From Cirrosporium novae-zelandiae (Eukaryota), in NCBI GenBank assembly GCA_026023565.1, contig JAPETS010000001.1, positions 496,001 to 560,000 of the forward strand: 64,000 nucleotides of DNA. Direction: 5' to 3'. The position numbers and the translations under genes are program-made. The notes under the pieces are model-generated. The model worked only from the letters and a program-made list of their open reading frames with translations, made no database searches and was not told where the DNA came from. Within the stretch, counting starts at the first letter, position 1, and each line of letters begins with the position of its first letter. Positions 1 to 11,396 of this stretch are shown piece by piece.

Positions 1-688
1 GGCCGCCTCCCTCGCCATAGACTACCCGCAAGCCCCTGAGTTCGCAGCCGCCGGGTACCAGACGTTCCTGGTAAATGGAACCGAGCGCGGCCAGGTGCGC
101 CAGCACGGGAACTTGAGTTTCGTTAGGGTTTTCGAGTTGGGGCATATGGTCCCCTTTTATCAGCCCGAGGCCGCGCTCGCGTTGTTTGAACGTACGATTT
201 GGGGGCTAGATATTGCTGAGGGGAAGATGCGTGTAGACGAGAACTTTTCGAGCGTTGGTCCCGCTAACTCTACATCTGGAATCGCTACTACATCTAGATT
301 GAGATCGAGATCGAGATCGAGCAGGGTGCGCTTTCATCATGCTTTAGTGACAGCTTCCCCTTCCCCTTCCCCTCTCCGTCCCTCTCAACCTCCACGGATG
401 GAAGCGAACCAGCAGAACCACCAGCAGAACCACAACATTTCAAAAGAAGAAGAAAAAAAAATTGTTCAAGGGACAGAAGAAAATTTAGCTTCGGTTGGGT
501 TGTTGTTGTTGGGCTGGGTGGTTTTTATTGTTATTATCACTGTTGGTTCAATCTATTTATCTGTCTATCGGATAAAGTGGGTGGTGAGTGATGAGTGGTG
601 GTGGTGGATGAATAGTCATAATGAGGTACCGGTAACAGGGGGGTGGGGGTGGGAGTGGGAGTGGGAGGAAGTACCGGGAGCGGATTAG
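1..688 (+). CDS. Serine carboxypeptidase (S10 family), 3' part; gene starts left of the window
   Basis: Frame 2 from base 2 reads AASLAIDYPQAPEFAAAGYQTFLVNGTERGQVRQHGNLSFVRVFELGHMVPFYQPEAALALFER, the typical S10 C-terminus with the catalytic His in GHxVPxYQP. The ORF runs on to a stop at 686-688 through low-complexity sequence. Confidence 0.85.
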   Translation, partial: AASLAIDYPQAPEFAAAGYQTFLVNGTERGQVRQHGNLSFVRVFELGHMVPFYQPEAALALFERTIWGLDIAEGKMRVDENFSSVGPANSTSGIATTSRLRSRSRSSRVRFHHALVTASPSPSPLRPSQPPRMEANQQNHQQNHNISKEEEKKIVQGTEENLASVGLLLLGWVVFIVIITVGSIYLSVYRIKWVVSDEWWWWMNSHNEVPVTGGWGWEWEWEEVPGAD

Positions 689-1518
689 ATTGGTTGGTTG
701 TATGGGTTGGTTGTATAAGCATAAGCATAAGCCTTTCTTTCTATGTCTAGGCTTAGGGCAACCAAACCGTGATAAGTTATAAGTAGTTGTATTGAGGGTC
801 GGGAGGAGGTCGGGAGGTCGGGAGAAGGTTGGGATTTAGGATTCCCGTGCTTCCATTTCCTTTTTACCAAGTTATACTTCAATACCTACCTATCTACCTA
901 TCTAACCAACATGCTAACCAAATAAGAAAACACTTCTTTTAATTTTTTCCAGCTTTTGAAAATTAGAAGAATAAAGATGGTGAGTTATATATATTTTTTG
1001 TTTGTTTTATTGTTTTGGGGGGGGGGGACGAAAAAAAAAGGTTATTTGGTTTCGTTTTTTTTTTTTTTTTTCAATTTTAATCATTTAAGTTAACCTAGGT
1101 ATGTAAGTAGTTAAATATGTATCTCGTTAATTAATGTAGTCAAAGAATTATTTTTTTTTTTTGAAAAAAAAATATATATATAGAGAGAGGAAGAAGAAAA
1201 GGGTTGAGAAAATTGTAACAAGTTTATTTATTATTATTATAATTTATAAAGTCGTGTGACTAGACTAGGGAGGGGGGCGGTTGGGAGATTTTAGTTTAGG
1301 GTTTAGGGTTTTTGGCTTTGGAATATTGTATTATTGTTATTTTTGTGTCTGGAGAAAAAAATATGTATTTGTTATTTGGGGTGGGTATCGTATACTCGTT
1401 TCGCGTCGGTCCTTTTTGAGTAAAAAGCGTAGGAAATTCTCTCGTTACTTAATTACTTTATTAGCAGCTCTCTTTCTCCCCAACGTGCGCCATTCAAAAG
1501 ATGGAAGCAACCTCGCCC

Positions 1519-2919
1519 CTAAACCATGTTATCTCCGTGGCCGTGGGTGTGAGCAGGAGGAGCCACGGGTTTCCTGTTCATATGCGAAGCGCCACCATAT
1601 CCTTCCGTGGCGGAAGCTGTTCCACCACCCCTCGCGGAATCAAACGGTGCACCCCCATATGCGCCATCCTCATGTCCCCAGCCCGCTTTGCGTGTCCAGA
1701 TTGCAGACTCGAAGCCGCCAGCGCCAGGCTCGGCTCCGTAGCTAAAGGGGATGTTCCGCGTGAGAGGGATATGGTTGAAGCGAAAGTCCCAGACGCTGGC
1801 GTAGACCATGCGGTAGGAAGAAAAGGCCATCATGGTGCCAATGACCGCGCCAGCAACACAGTCGTACCAGTTGTGATATTTGTCGATTGTTAAGGCTCCG
1901 GCGATAAGAGTGGCACCTGGTTTAGAAGATGAGTTTGGGAGAAATGGAAATTTTCAAGTGTTGGGTAGGGAAGACTTACCGAGAACAGGGGCGTAGACGG
2001 CAAGAAGTTTCCACATAGCAGGATGATAGTTCGACCAGACTTTCAACTTGGCGTTCAGATAGAGGTATAGATACATGAAACCGGCGAATGCAGCTGTAGA
2101 ATGACCACTTGGGAACGATTCAAGGCTGTCGTCGATCTCGTCCTGGTCACCTGTGCAAATTGTCCGGTCGTACATGATCTGCCTGAAGCCATTCCCAGCT
2201 TGTGCACCGCTGAGTGAGACATCTGGCTTGCAGACGTCAAGGAAATGAGGGCGAAGGCCGCCAATAAGCCACTGGATTGGAGTCAGCCATGTCTCAATAT
2301 GCTAACCGATGGCTGGGAATTTGAACCTTTAAGAAGACTTGAAAGACAGCAGCCGTAATAAGCGAGTATAAAAGTCCAATAACTCCATTATTGACATCCC
2401 TGAAATTATCATTGTTTAGCATAGAACATGGCTGGATGCCGTCTCATGCGACTTACCAAAATGAACGAATTCGGATTTGCATGAAGAGAATGACTGCAAT
2501 CGGAATAAGGGAGCCGAGGAGTGCAGCCAGCCAAATAGGAATGATCTCATTGCGGAGAGGATATGCAAACTCAGGATATACAATCTCTCCATCTTGAAAG
2601 TCAACTGGAAAGGATCGCGATGGGGCAGGATGGGCTTCGTAGACCTGAGAAGATGGTATTAGCAAAACTGGCCGAAATGGTGAATGATGGATCTGCTTAC
2701 TCCAAGACCAACTGCACCCATTGCAGCCATAGTCAAAATATCCAGCCAAGTCATCTTTAGCCACTGGCCAAAGGAAGGCCGTCGATTGAGGTATCCCGAT
2801 TCACTATCATAGTGCTTCTCTCGACGGCCATGATGATGGCGAGCATTGACAGCATCTCTGTTGGCTGTTTCGCCGTTAGCTACTTCATCTACAGGAGCGC
2901 GACGACTGAAGAGACCCAT
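1519..2919 (-). CDS. PAP2-family phosphatidate/diacylglycerol pyrophosphate phosphatase (DPP1/LPP1-like), multi-exon
   Basis: Exons give MGLFSRR..., KWLIGGLRPHFLDVCKPD, SFPSGHS and TIDKYHNWYDCVAG, the three PAP2 motifs. GT-AG introns with CTAAY/CTGAC-type branch points. Confidence 0.92.
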
Positions 2920-3477
2920 GTTTGTTGATTATGAGTAGTTCAACAATAGATCTATAGCTAGCAGAGGAGAGGAGTGGGCGAGAGAAGATAAATCTCCAAG
3001 AGTAAGTAGGAGAATAATGTCCTCTTATACTTGGATGGAGACAATGAGAAAAGAATGCATGTTTTGGGAGGGAAATGGAGGCTTTTTGACCTCAGTACAA
3101 CTGGCTCTCTCTCCTCGCATCACTATGAAACATCGTCATAGTTAGTACCAATGACAGCAGCTAATTACAGTGTTACAATGTTTTTGTGCCTTGTTTGCAA
3201 CAACAAGCCCAAGTGAAGTAATTAAAGTCACTTGAAATGTTGGCTCCAATCTTGACCTGACTTTGGCCAAAAAGCTTACTTATGACGTCTCCCCTGGTCA
3301 GTGCCTCTCCCTAGAAAAGCTTAGTTCAAGGGGAGGAGAATTAATTAGCGAGATTAGTTGGCCTCTTTGACTTTTATAGTACCACGGTTGCATTATTATT
3401 TACAACCGTCCTTCTTGCTCTTCTTCTAATTCCCAGAACAAGCCGAGAAGTCAAGATGAAAAGATACAGGACACAAA

Positions 3478-3661
3478 TTTGCGTCACCTGGAAGTAGTGT
3501 AATACCAGGGACACGGTGCAAAGAGACATGCGCAAGCACAGAGGCCTCCTCGCCAAAGCCAAAAATATGATTAATCAATGTTTGGTTCCTTGGAACCATT
3601 TCAGAGATTAAACTGAAAAGAACAGATACTACACTTGATCTAAGCCAAAAGGCAAAGCTGT
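3478..3661 (-). ncRNA. U2: U2 spliceosomal snRNA
   Basis: Minus strand reads ACAGCTTTGCCTTTTGGCTTAGATCAAGTGTAGTATCTGTTCTTTTCAGTTTAATCTCTGA (stem I, branch-pairing GTAGTA, stem IIa), then Sm site ATTTTTGG and a stem-loop IV CCTGG-TATTACACTACTT-CCAGG. Confidence 0.97.
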
Positions 3662-4657
3662 AAAAGCTATTAGCAACTGGCCTTTTGTATCAAAGTATAG
3701 GGTGCAAGTGGTGAAAACTTACAGAGCTGAAGAGTTTTGCAAGGAAGAGGAGTCTGTTTTATAGAGGTTGGCGAGCACGGACCACGCACTAGTAACCAGC
3801 AAACGGAGCAAACAGCTATGCCTCAGGCTATGTTACCACGTGATAAACCTACATCAACGTTTCTGAAATTACTGTGGTAACGAATGCTACATTAATCCAA
3901 AGACAGGTCAGGCTATCATGGGGCATCATATTGAAAACACAAAACATATCAAATTGCTTTTTTTTTTATCCGTTATCCATATAAGATGGAAATTTTTTAT
4001 GTAGAAGGCCATCATGAGAATCATGAGAATAACAAGAGGGCCTATCAGACTTGACCAGCTTCTGAGGACAATCACTCCCTCCGATCCGTGTATGCCATGC
4101 GATTCCAATTCCATCCAACCCAATCCAAACGGCGAGCTCGAATAATAGTACCAAGATAAAATCGATGGTCCATCACAAGCACACAACCGTCCCATTGGTC
4201 CACATGTTCCTAATGCTCCCGGTGAGCTCTAGCATGGTCTTACTCGAGTAGACTCATTGCGAGCACACAACCGTTCGCCCTACCGCCCTACCGCCCTACC
4301 GCCTTTTCATCGTCCCAATCGCATACTCCCAACATAGATAAATCAAATGCTCAGCAGAGTTTTTATGGACCAATCGAGTTTTCATATCCACCCGCACTAT
4401 GTATGGAGGAAAGAATACTGTCATTGCTACAAGCCGTCGCTCTATGCACCGAGTCTTTGATTTTGAGTTCCATGATTGTCATCCTTGTTGTAGTCCAGCA
4501 TCCAGTCTTGTTAATTCGTTAAAGTATGCGCATTGTTGATGTCACATGCAAAAGAAAGACATCTAGGATCTAGAAATATCCAATGCCCTCCTCGGTATCC
4601 CATACCATAGTCGTACTATCCTTGTCCTTGATTGAAATGGAACGCTCTAGATTTGTT

Positions 4658-4990
4658 TCAACGCTCAATATAATCCAACGTATCGAAATAATCAAGCATC
4701 CGACGGCAAAGGCCAACGTCGTCTCCTGGCTCGCCACCAAAAATTCTCTGTTGTTCTGCTTCGAGGGCATCCACTCCACGTTGTTGTTTGGGTCGTTGGT
4801 CTGGCAAGGATTGGTACCGCTGATAGGGATGTTTGGCGGTCAGCTTGGATGAGCTGTTGGCTCGTGGAGGACTAGGAGGGTAATCGACGAGAGGGTTTGC
4901 AGCGGAAATTCCATATTGAGATGGCGTCAAGAGAAATGTAATGCTGTTTTTCTTCTGTCTGCTGCGACGTCTGTTGTGCTTGTGTGCCAT
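4658..4990 (-). CDS. Small (110 aa) hypothetical protein with basic N-terminus
   Basis: ATG in good context (CAAACCATGG). MAHKHNRRRSRQKK is NLS-like. The C-terminal EAEQQRIFGGEPGDDVGLCRRMLDYFDTLDY looks like an ordered motif that I recall from fungal hypothetical proteins. Confidence 0.6.
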   Translation of the reverse strand: MAHKHNRRRSRQKKNSITFLLTPSQYGISAANPLVDYPPSPPRANSSSKLTAKHPYQRYQSLPDQRPKQQRGVDALEAEQQRIFGGEPGDDVGLCRRMLDYFDTLDYIER

Positions 4991-5735
4991 GGTTTGTAGC
5001 TTGAGGTAGATATAAAAATTGTAATAACACCTAGAGAGGTTGCAGGCGCAACCAGCGGGTGAGGCTGGCTTGCGGATAATCAAGGGAGATCTGGGTTAGC
5101 TTTATACATGACTACAGAATAATGATGACTCGGCAAAATCAAACACTGTCAGCAAGGGTTTGAGTCATTGTGTTCATCTGTTGATGTGGCACTATCCCCA
5201 CGGTTCCAAGTGGATATGAGTCAGACCGAGAGATTTGGGTACCCATGGTCCATAGAACTTATGCAAGGTACGAGGGGTAAGGCGCCAACAAAAAGATAGT
5301 CGCCAAAGCTTTCTAGATTTCTCCTTGAATCAAATTTTGAAATTTGGCTATCCTTTTGTGGTTCATGTTCGTGTCCGTCGCTTCCCATGAGTGGTCTTCT
5401 AGAAGTCCACCGTGTCTTCCGTCCTGCACCCCCGGTCGAATTATAACCTCCGACACCGGCCCTCTGACTCTTTTAGTCGTATTAGGTAATAACCAAGTAA
5501 CCCCGAACGGGAAATGTCTCCTATTCAACTTTAAAAGTACGGTGTACGGCATTTTACTTAATGTCCAAGTTGCGGTCAATTGGAATATTATGGTACAATT
5601 GGCATTTTCCATTTCATTCTTCTTCTTTGCTCAGACCATAGCTCCTGTGAGTGGTGGGTATCCAGCGAGTTTTGACAACGCATTTGCCAAGTAAACTCCA
5701 TAACAAAGTGCCGTCTATGCAAAGGCAGAAAGGTC

Positions 5736-8342
5736 CTAATAAGGAACCATCTTGAGTTTAGGCAGAAGGTCCGAGGGAAGTTCGTCCTCCTTTACTATGC
5801 CCAATGACAACACATCTCCCCAGAAGAACATTGCTCGTTCTTGAGCGTAACCAAGATAGTCAAATTCCTCTTCTCCTTCCTCTCCCTCCGCGGCCGCCTC
5901 CATTGCTAGCTCTCCCGAGCCGTTGTTATGGTTTTCAACTATCTCTTTGTGCTTTCCTTGGAGTGGATCCGGAATGACAGCAGCCTCGTTTTGTTTCCCA
6001 TTTACAACCACCTTCTGGTCGTCAGTTTCCAATGATGCGTTGTTATTTTGAAGTGCTTCATCAATGCCCCCCGTTTTGGCTTGGACTACTCCCCAAGCTA
6101 CCCAATGGGCCGAGTTAACTACTCGCCAAAGCCTTGTTTCCTTAGCAAATTGTTCAACATCTTGTTCCACTACCTCTTCTTCTTTCTCTTCCGCTTCAAT
6201 TTGTTGTGAGGCAGGAGTTCTACTATCGAGCATGAAGGCTGACAAAGACGGAGAAGGCCCTTCACCTGGTTGAAAGGGTAGAGAAAAACGCTGTGGTAGC
6301 TGGGATTGATGTTTGACATACGCCTGAAGAAATCTTTTCTGTTCTTCGGGAGTAGGATACCGCTTTTCGTGGCATGCATATGAGCAGTCCGCGTCATGGT
6401 AGTTATAACACCATTCGGTCTAGATACTATCAGCTAAGAGGTGATAGACCAACGAGAAAAACTTACAAAATGATTTGCAAATTCTAGGGCAGCCATATTG
6501 GCTGAAGCGTATTCAAAGTCAATGACAACGAGTTGCTTATGTTCATTCGCTGGCAGAAGTAAAGGGGACTCCCCACTGGGCTGTAGGCGCATCAGGTTAC
6601 CATATTGAGTCTATGAGAGTCAGCAATTCGAATATGAACCACGGTCTCTGTAGACTCACATCGCTATGTGCGAAGACAAGGCGATCCTTGATGACTTCCA
6701 GACCACCATATTGCCCCTCGAGCCATTTGCGATATCGTTCGACAACTTGACGGAAAAGAGGCCATTCTACTCCACAAACCAAACCTCGGGATCTCCAGGC
6801 TTCGGCGCGTGGAGAAAAATTACCTGGCTTTTGGGAGAGAATCTCTTGGTCCAGCCACGACATTATTTGCTCGCACCTGTTGACCCATTTATCCCAGTTC
6901 CTCCATACGTGAGGGCCAGCGTGTCGTTCCTCCGGGAGCAGTTCAATGCCATCGTGAAGCTCTCGCATCCGTTTCGCAATGTGCCTCGATATCTCGGGTA
7001 CTCGCAAATCTTGAGCAGTCAAGGTACGAGCATGCAGGAACTCTTCAAACCTCCCATTCGTGAATGTACCGAGTAGACGAGGGCCAATCTTTTTGCGGCC
7101 CAACCGACGGAGGATTTGCAACTCATTATCCCGATCAATTAGATGTTCAGCCTGAGGACCATAGACCCGAAGAAGCAATTTTCTTTGAAATGTTAGTATT
7201 AGTTGGCAAGTACGGATTTATACCTACGGTGGAGGTTTCTTAGGTGAAATTAGAGCTGCCGTCTCGCCATTTCCCATCTTCACAGGGGATAAATTCCTTG
7301 GAGGCGAGACTACATAGACAGCGTTGGTCAGTGCTCCGCTAAGACGCTCGACGTCAATTTCCTCCGCTTGCTCCATTGGGATTCTTCTCCAGCCTTTCAA
7401 TTTAAGAGTATGCGCTAGGCGTACGATCTCAAATTTGAAACTTTTCCAATTTTCGTTTTCCTTTGTAACTCTTTTCGTAAGGCCATTGACGTCGAGGATA
7501 CTTTCCGAATTCCCGCCGACATAGCTCAGGGTCTTGGTATTATCTAACACGACTTCAGCAGAGGGAATTAGGACATCACCGTCTTGGTAGTCTGTATCCG
7601 AAGAAACGGTAGTAGAGCCACGCTTGAGAAGTGTCCCCGACGAAGGCCTTTTTCGTAGGCGTCGTCTATGAAAATGAGGCCCGTCACTGTTATGTGGAAG
7701 TAGTGTAGCAGCTTCTGCTAGAATACGTTCGAGTTTATCAAGAGCCATCGACTCCCCTGTTCCATCCACTTCTTTAGGCGCTGATGGAGTGATTTCTTGT
7801 GTCGGGTCGCTACTTAGTTTATGTGTTACTTTCTTTTTCTTCTCTTCCTTAAGCCACTCTGCTACTTTTGATAACAGATTCAGCTGCAAGGCATCGTTGG
7901 GGTTAATATCGTCATCGTCGCCACGAATATCGAGGGTTGAAACCGATTGCAAGGACGGGGAAATGGGAGGTCGACCAGACAATCGTTTCCCAACATTCGC
8001 CCAGTGCTTTCTAGGTAGGGAAGCCGTGTCATTGTTTTTCTCGATCGGGGTTGGAGATTCGGATATTAAAGGACTGGATTCTGGCTCTGCAATGAGCACG
8101 GCTGATCACCAAGGAGCTGTAAGCTAATACATTCGGCAAGAAATATAAAAAATTTCATCTAACTCTTTCTACAAAAGAATAAGCCCAAAGGACGGGCTGG
8201 AAGTGACTGGCAAAGAAGTGCCGGCGGCATTGTTCGGTTATTCCAGTTGTACTTGGAGGATGTGGCTTTACTTACACTTGGTTGAAGCTTTTCTTGTGGA
8301 TGGGTAATCCTCAGAGTTGGCTGAACCTTCAAAGGAAGGCAT
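5736..8342 (-). CDS. Choline/ethanolamine kinase, multi-exon
   Basis: RLSGALTNAVY, LLRVYGPQ, GPRLLGTFTNGRFEEF, LVFAHSD-TQYGNL, VVIDFEYASANM-LEFANHF-EWCYNY and SAHWVAWGVVQA are choline kinase motifs. Confidence 0.93.
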
Positions 8343-9462
8343 CCTGGCCAGCGGAGGAAGATAACTGGATAGGAGGTAGTGTTGAGGTAAGCTCTTAAGG
8401 TTTAGTGAGTTATCGAGTACGTTTTTTGATACTAGAGTCAAATTGTTGAAAGAAGCTCTTGTTCTGAATTGACAATGGTCGCAAGATCTATGTGAAGGGC
8501 AACAATAATATAGAGCATAGACGAGGTGTTTGCTGTTAACATCTGAGAGTGATTTGTGTGCGCTTGTGGCGTATTTGGATCCTAGAAAGGAGATGCGATA
8601 AGGAAGCAATAACAAGCAAAGATACGGCGCACAGGTCACAATTAGAAGCTCGTTGTCTCTGTTGGCTTGAATCCGACTGGCTATTTTGGTGCGACCATAT
8701 CAAGGAAATTCCTGTGCTTTTGGACCTTCTGATGCCGTGTCTATCTATCTTAAACTCACCTTGCTAGATTTTATTTTTTGGTGTCGCATCGGGCACGAAG
8801 GAAAGATTTTCAACCGACCTTTTCCGTCACATGACCACATGCCTTTTTCGCCTCTGCCATCACTTCCCGTCTTTTATCCATACACCTGAATGGTTGAAAA
8901 TACCGGAACTTTGCGTACCAATAAGACCATCTTATCCATTATCTATTCCATGTCTTGCCACTTGCATCACCAGCAGAATATCAAGATTTGGTTTCATGAG
9001 TGTCGAATGACATACCAGTCAATCATCGCCTATCTATCGACACGTAGTCTCCTTGATAAAGGATCAGGCAAATAAGTAATCCATCCACATTGTTAGACTT
9101 GATTAGTCGCGTGCCTACTTAATCAGGGCGCCAAAAGTCATCACAACTCTTCACAATTGCTTTATATTGGTCGTATCCTGCTATGTATTTACCGGAGGAA
9201 CATCATAATTCCATCAGAATCCTTAAACACAGTCAAAACCTGTTTGAGGTTCCATGATATGCACCGGTGTTGTGCCTATCTCTATCGATCATCATAAACC
9301 CTAAAAAAAAACTAGGATATAATAATACTACCCAGGATGCGCCCGAGTAAACACGTCATCACAAACCGAATCCCTCAAAGCCGATACGCCGAGCTCATTT
9401 TATTGTACATCAAATCAAATCATCTTCGCACATGGGTAGCATCAAGTGGCCTATCAAAAGGG

Positions 9463-11396
9463 TTAGGTAGCTGCCCACTCGACAACCTCCAAGGCACACA
9501 TAACGAGCATGAGAGTTGAAGGGAGAATCCTATTATGGTCAGCGGCTGTTTAAATATGGGGGATGAATAAATTGACTTACCAGACAACATAGCTCTGGAA
9601 TAGAAGCTTCGACATAGCTCCCATGTATACATTGTTGATTTGGCATATTTGGGCCAATTGCAACGCGCTCGGGGCTCCGGTAAGGAGGAAGCAAACAATA
9701 ACGAATATGGGATCATCCAAGATACTGACTGGTACGTACTTGGCTATCAAAGCAAGAATAGGTGCCATAACAAGAGTAGGCAACAACATTCGGCTGACTA
9801 GAGCAGCAATGAGAAGTTTCTTCTCTTCACGCTTCTCTTCGATGGTTTCTTGGAACTCGTTTTCAGGCAAGGTGTTCCTGGCGAGATTGGCTCCTAGAAC
9901 AACCAGGATAAGTGGAACCGCAACGCCTCCACTTTGACTGATGGCGGATGTTACTGAGTTGCGTATGAAAGTGCCCTCACTAAAGAAAGCTCGTTGCAAA
10001 GAAGGAATTGAAGCAATCACAATAGCCGATAGCATTGCCCACAGAGGAGGATTCATGAATTCCCAAAGGCCATGGGCGAAGCGACATATCCAAGCCCAGA
10101 CCTTTGACGAGCATGTTTGCACAGGCTGTGGCAAAACAGAAAAGACTTTATCGCTACATTCAGAAATAACCTCGAGGGAACGATCTTTTCTGGCTAGGAT
10201 AGCTGATTTTGCCCGTGGTAGCCACCCTTTCGACACTTGGAAATTATGCGTTGAGTGTAGGGTGGGAAACTCCGTTATATGGCCATCTGATCGGCTATGA
10301 GGAAGTAAGTTCCTGTCCGGTGGTATGAGTAAAGTAGGAGCCTGTAGAGCTGCCCTTCCGTCTTCGTTCAGGGATACCTTGGAGCTAACCGAAGATAAAT
10401 AGCCTTGTCGTAATACTGGCGTTTGGGAGGTTGAGTCGAATTCAGACTCCCCAAGAGTGCCTTCAGTATCCTCAACATCAGCTTGTCTATGCGTTTCTTC
10501 ATCGTCAGAGTAGTCCAATAGAATATTTGGCTCATTCTCGGCTTCCGGATCATCATAATAATGACCTTCTCCTTGTTCTATGCGCGAGTTTGTGTGTTGG
10601 TCTTCTTCTATGTACTTGTCTGCGGGTGCCAGCAATACATGATAGCCCCATGTCCAACGAACCAGCTGCCCAAGCTGTTGGAATATCATTAGATATAAGA
10701 TACCTCGAGCAGCAACTTCATCGTCGTTGTCGCCAGGGACTTTATCCCAATGAAGACCTTTCAAGGTCTTTGAGAGTGAGAGAACTAAGGAAATCGGGAG
10801 CGAATTCGAATTACCAAAAACCTAGCAAACTTATTAGTTCTTACTAGCAATAAAAGGGTTCTGTGAATGCTTTCTAGTTACATACACCCATGGCAACAAC
10901 AAAGTTTGTCGGCCTCTTCTTGAAGCCAAATAGTTTCGATACCCCCCTCGAACAAAGAAAGGAGACAAGGATTTGCACAACGAAGATGAAGGGTATCACC
11001 CCCAATTCTGCTAATTTACCGGCAGTGAGTTGTGATGCCAGTTTGGTGAAAACTAAATGCACCCAGTCAATATCTATGTAGAAGCTACGGAGTCTGGATG
11101 GACGAACTCAGGCATGGCGTAAATAACTGAACATTGAGATTTGCCACGAATTTTTGCATCTCAGCGTCAAACATGCCCTGCCTAGCGATAATGTATCCTG
11201 GTAAACTGACACATACTACCTCCAGTACGGCCTCAAAGACCAGCAATATAAGATGGCCGAAAGAAGGATGCGATGAGTGTGGTGGTAACTCGGTACCTCG
11301 TTTGAGGATGGAAAAGGTAGCCTCAGCGAGTGTTGAGGTTGTGTTCATATCCGAATTTGCCAGGCGAAAAGACCTGATTGAGGGAAGGAAGGACAT
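9463..11396 (-). CDS. Auxin efflux carrier (AEC/Mem_trans) family membrane transporter, multi-exon
   Basis: VFEAVLEVVCVSLPGY, ANLNVQLFTPCL, FGNSNSLPISLV, GGVAVPLILVVLGANL and DDPIFVIVCFLLTGAPSALQLAQI. The last exon ILPSTLMLVMCALEVVEWAAT ends at a TAA at 9463-9465. Confidence 0.9.

Noticed and set aside
5313..5694. Overlapping 99/116-aa ORFs downstream of choline kinase
   Set aside because: Non-ATG or weak starts and no motifs; likely 3' UTR or intergenic.
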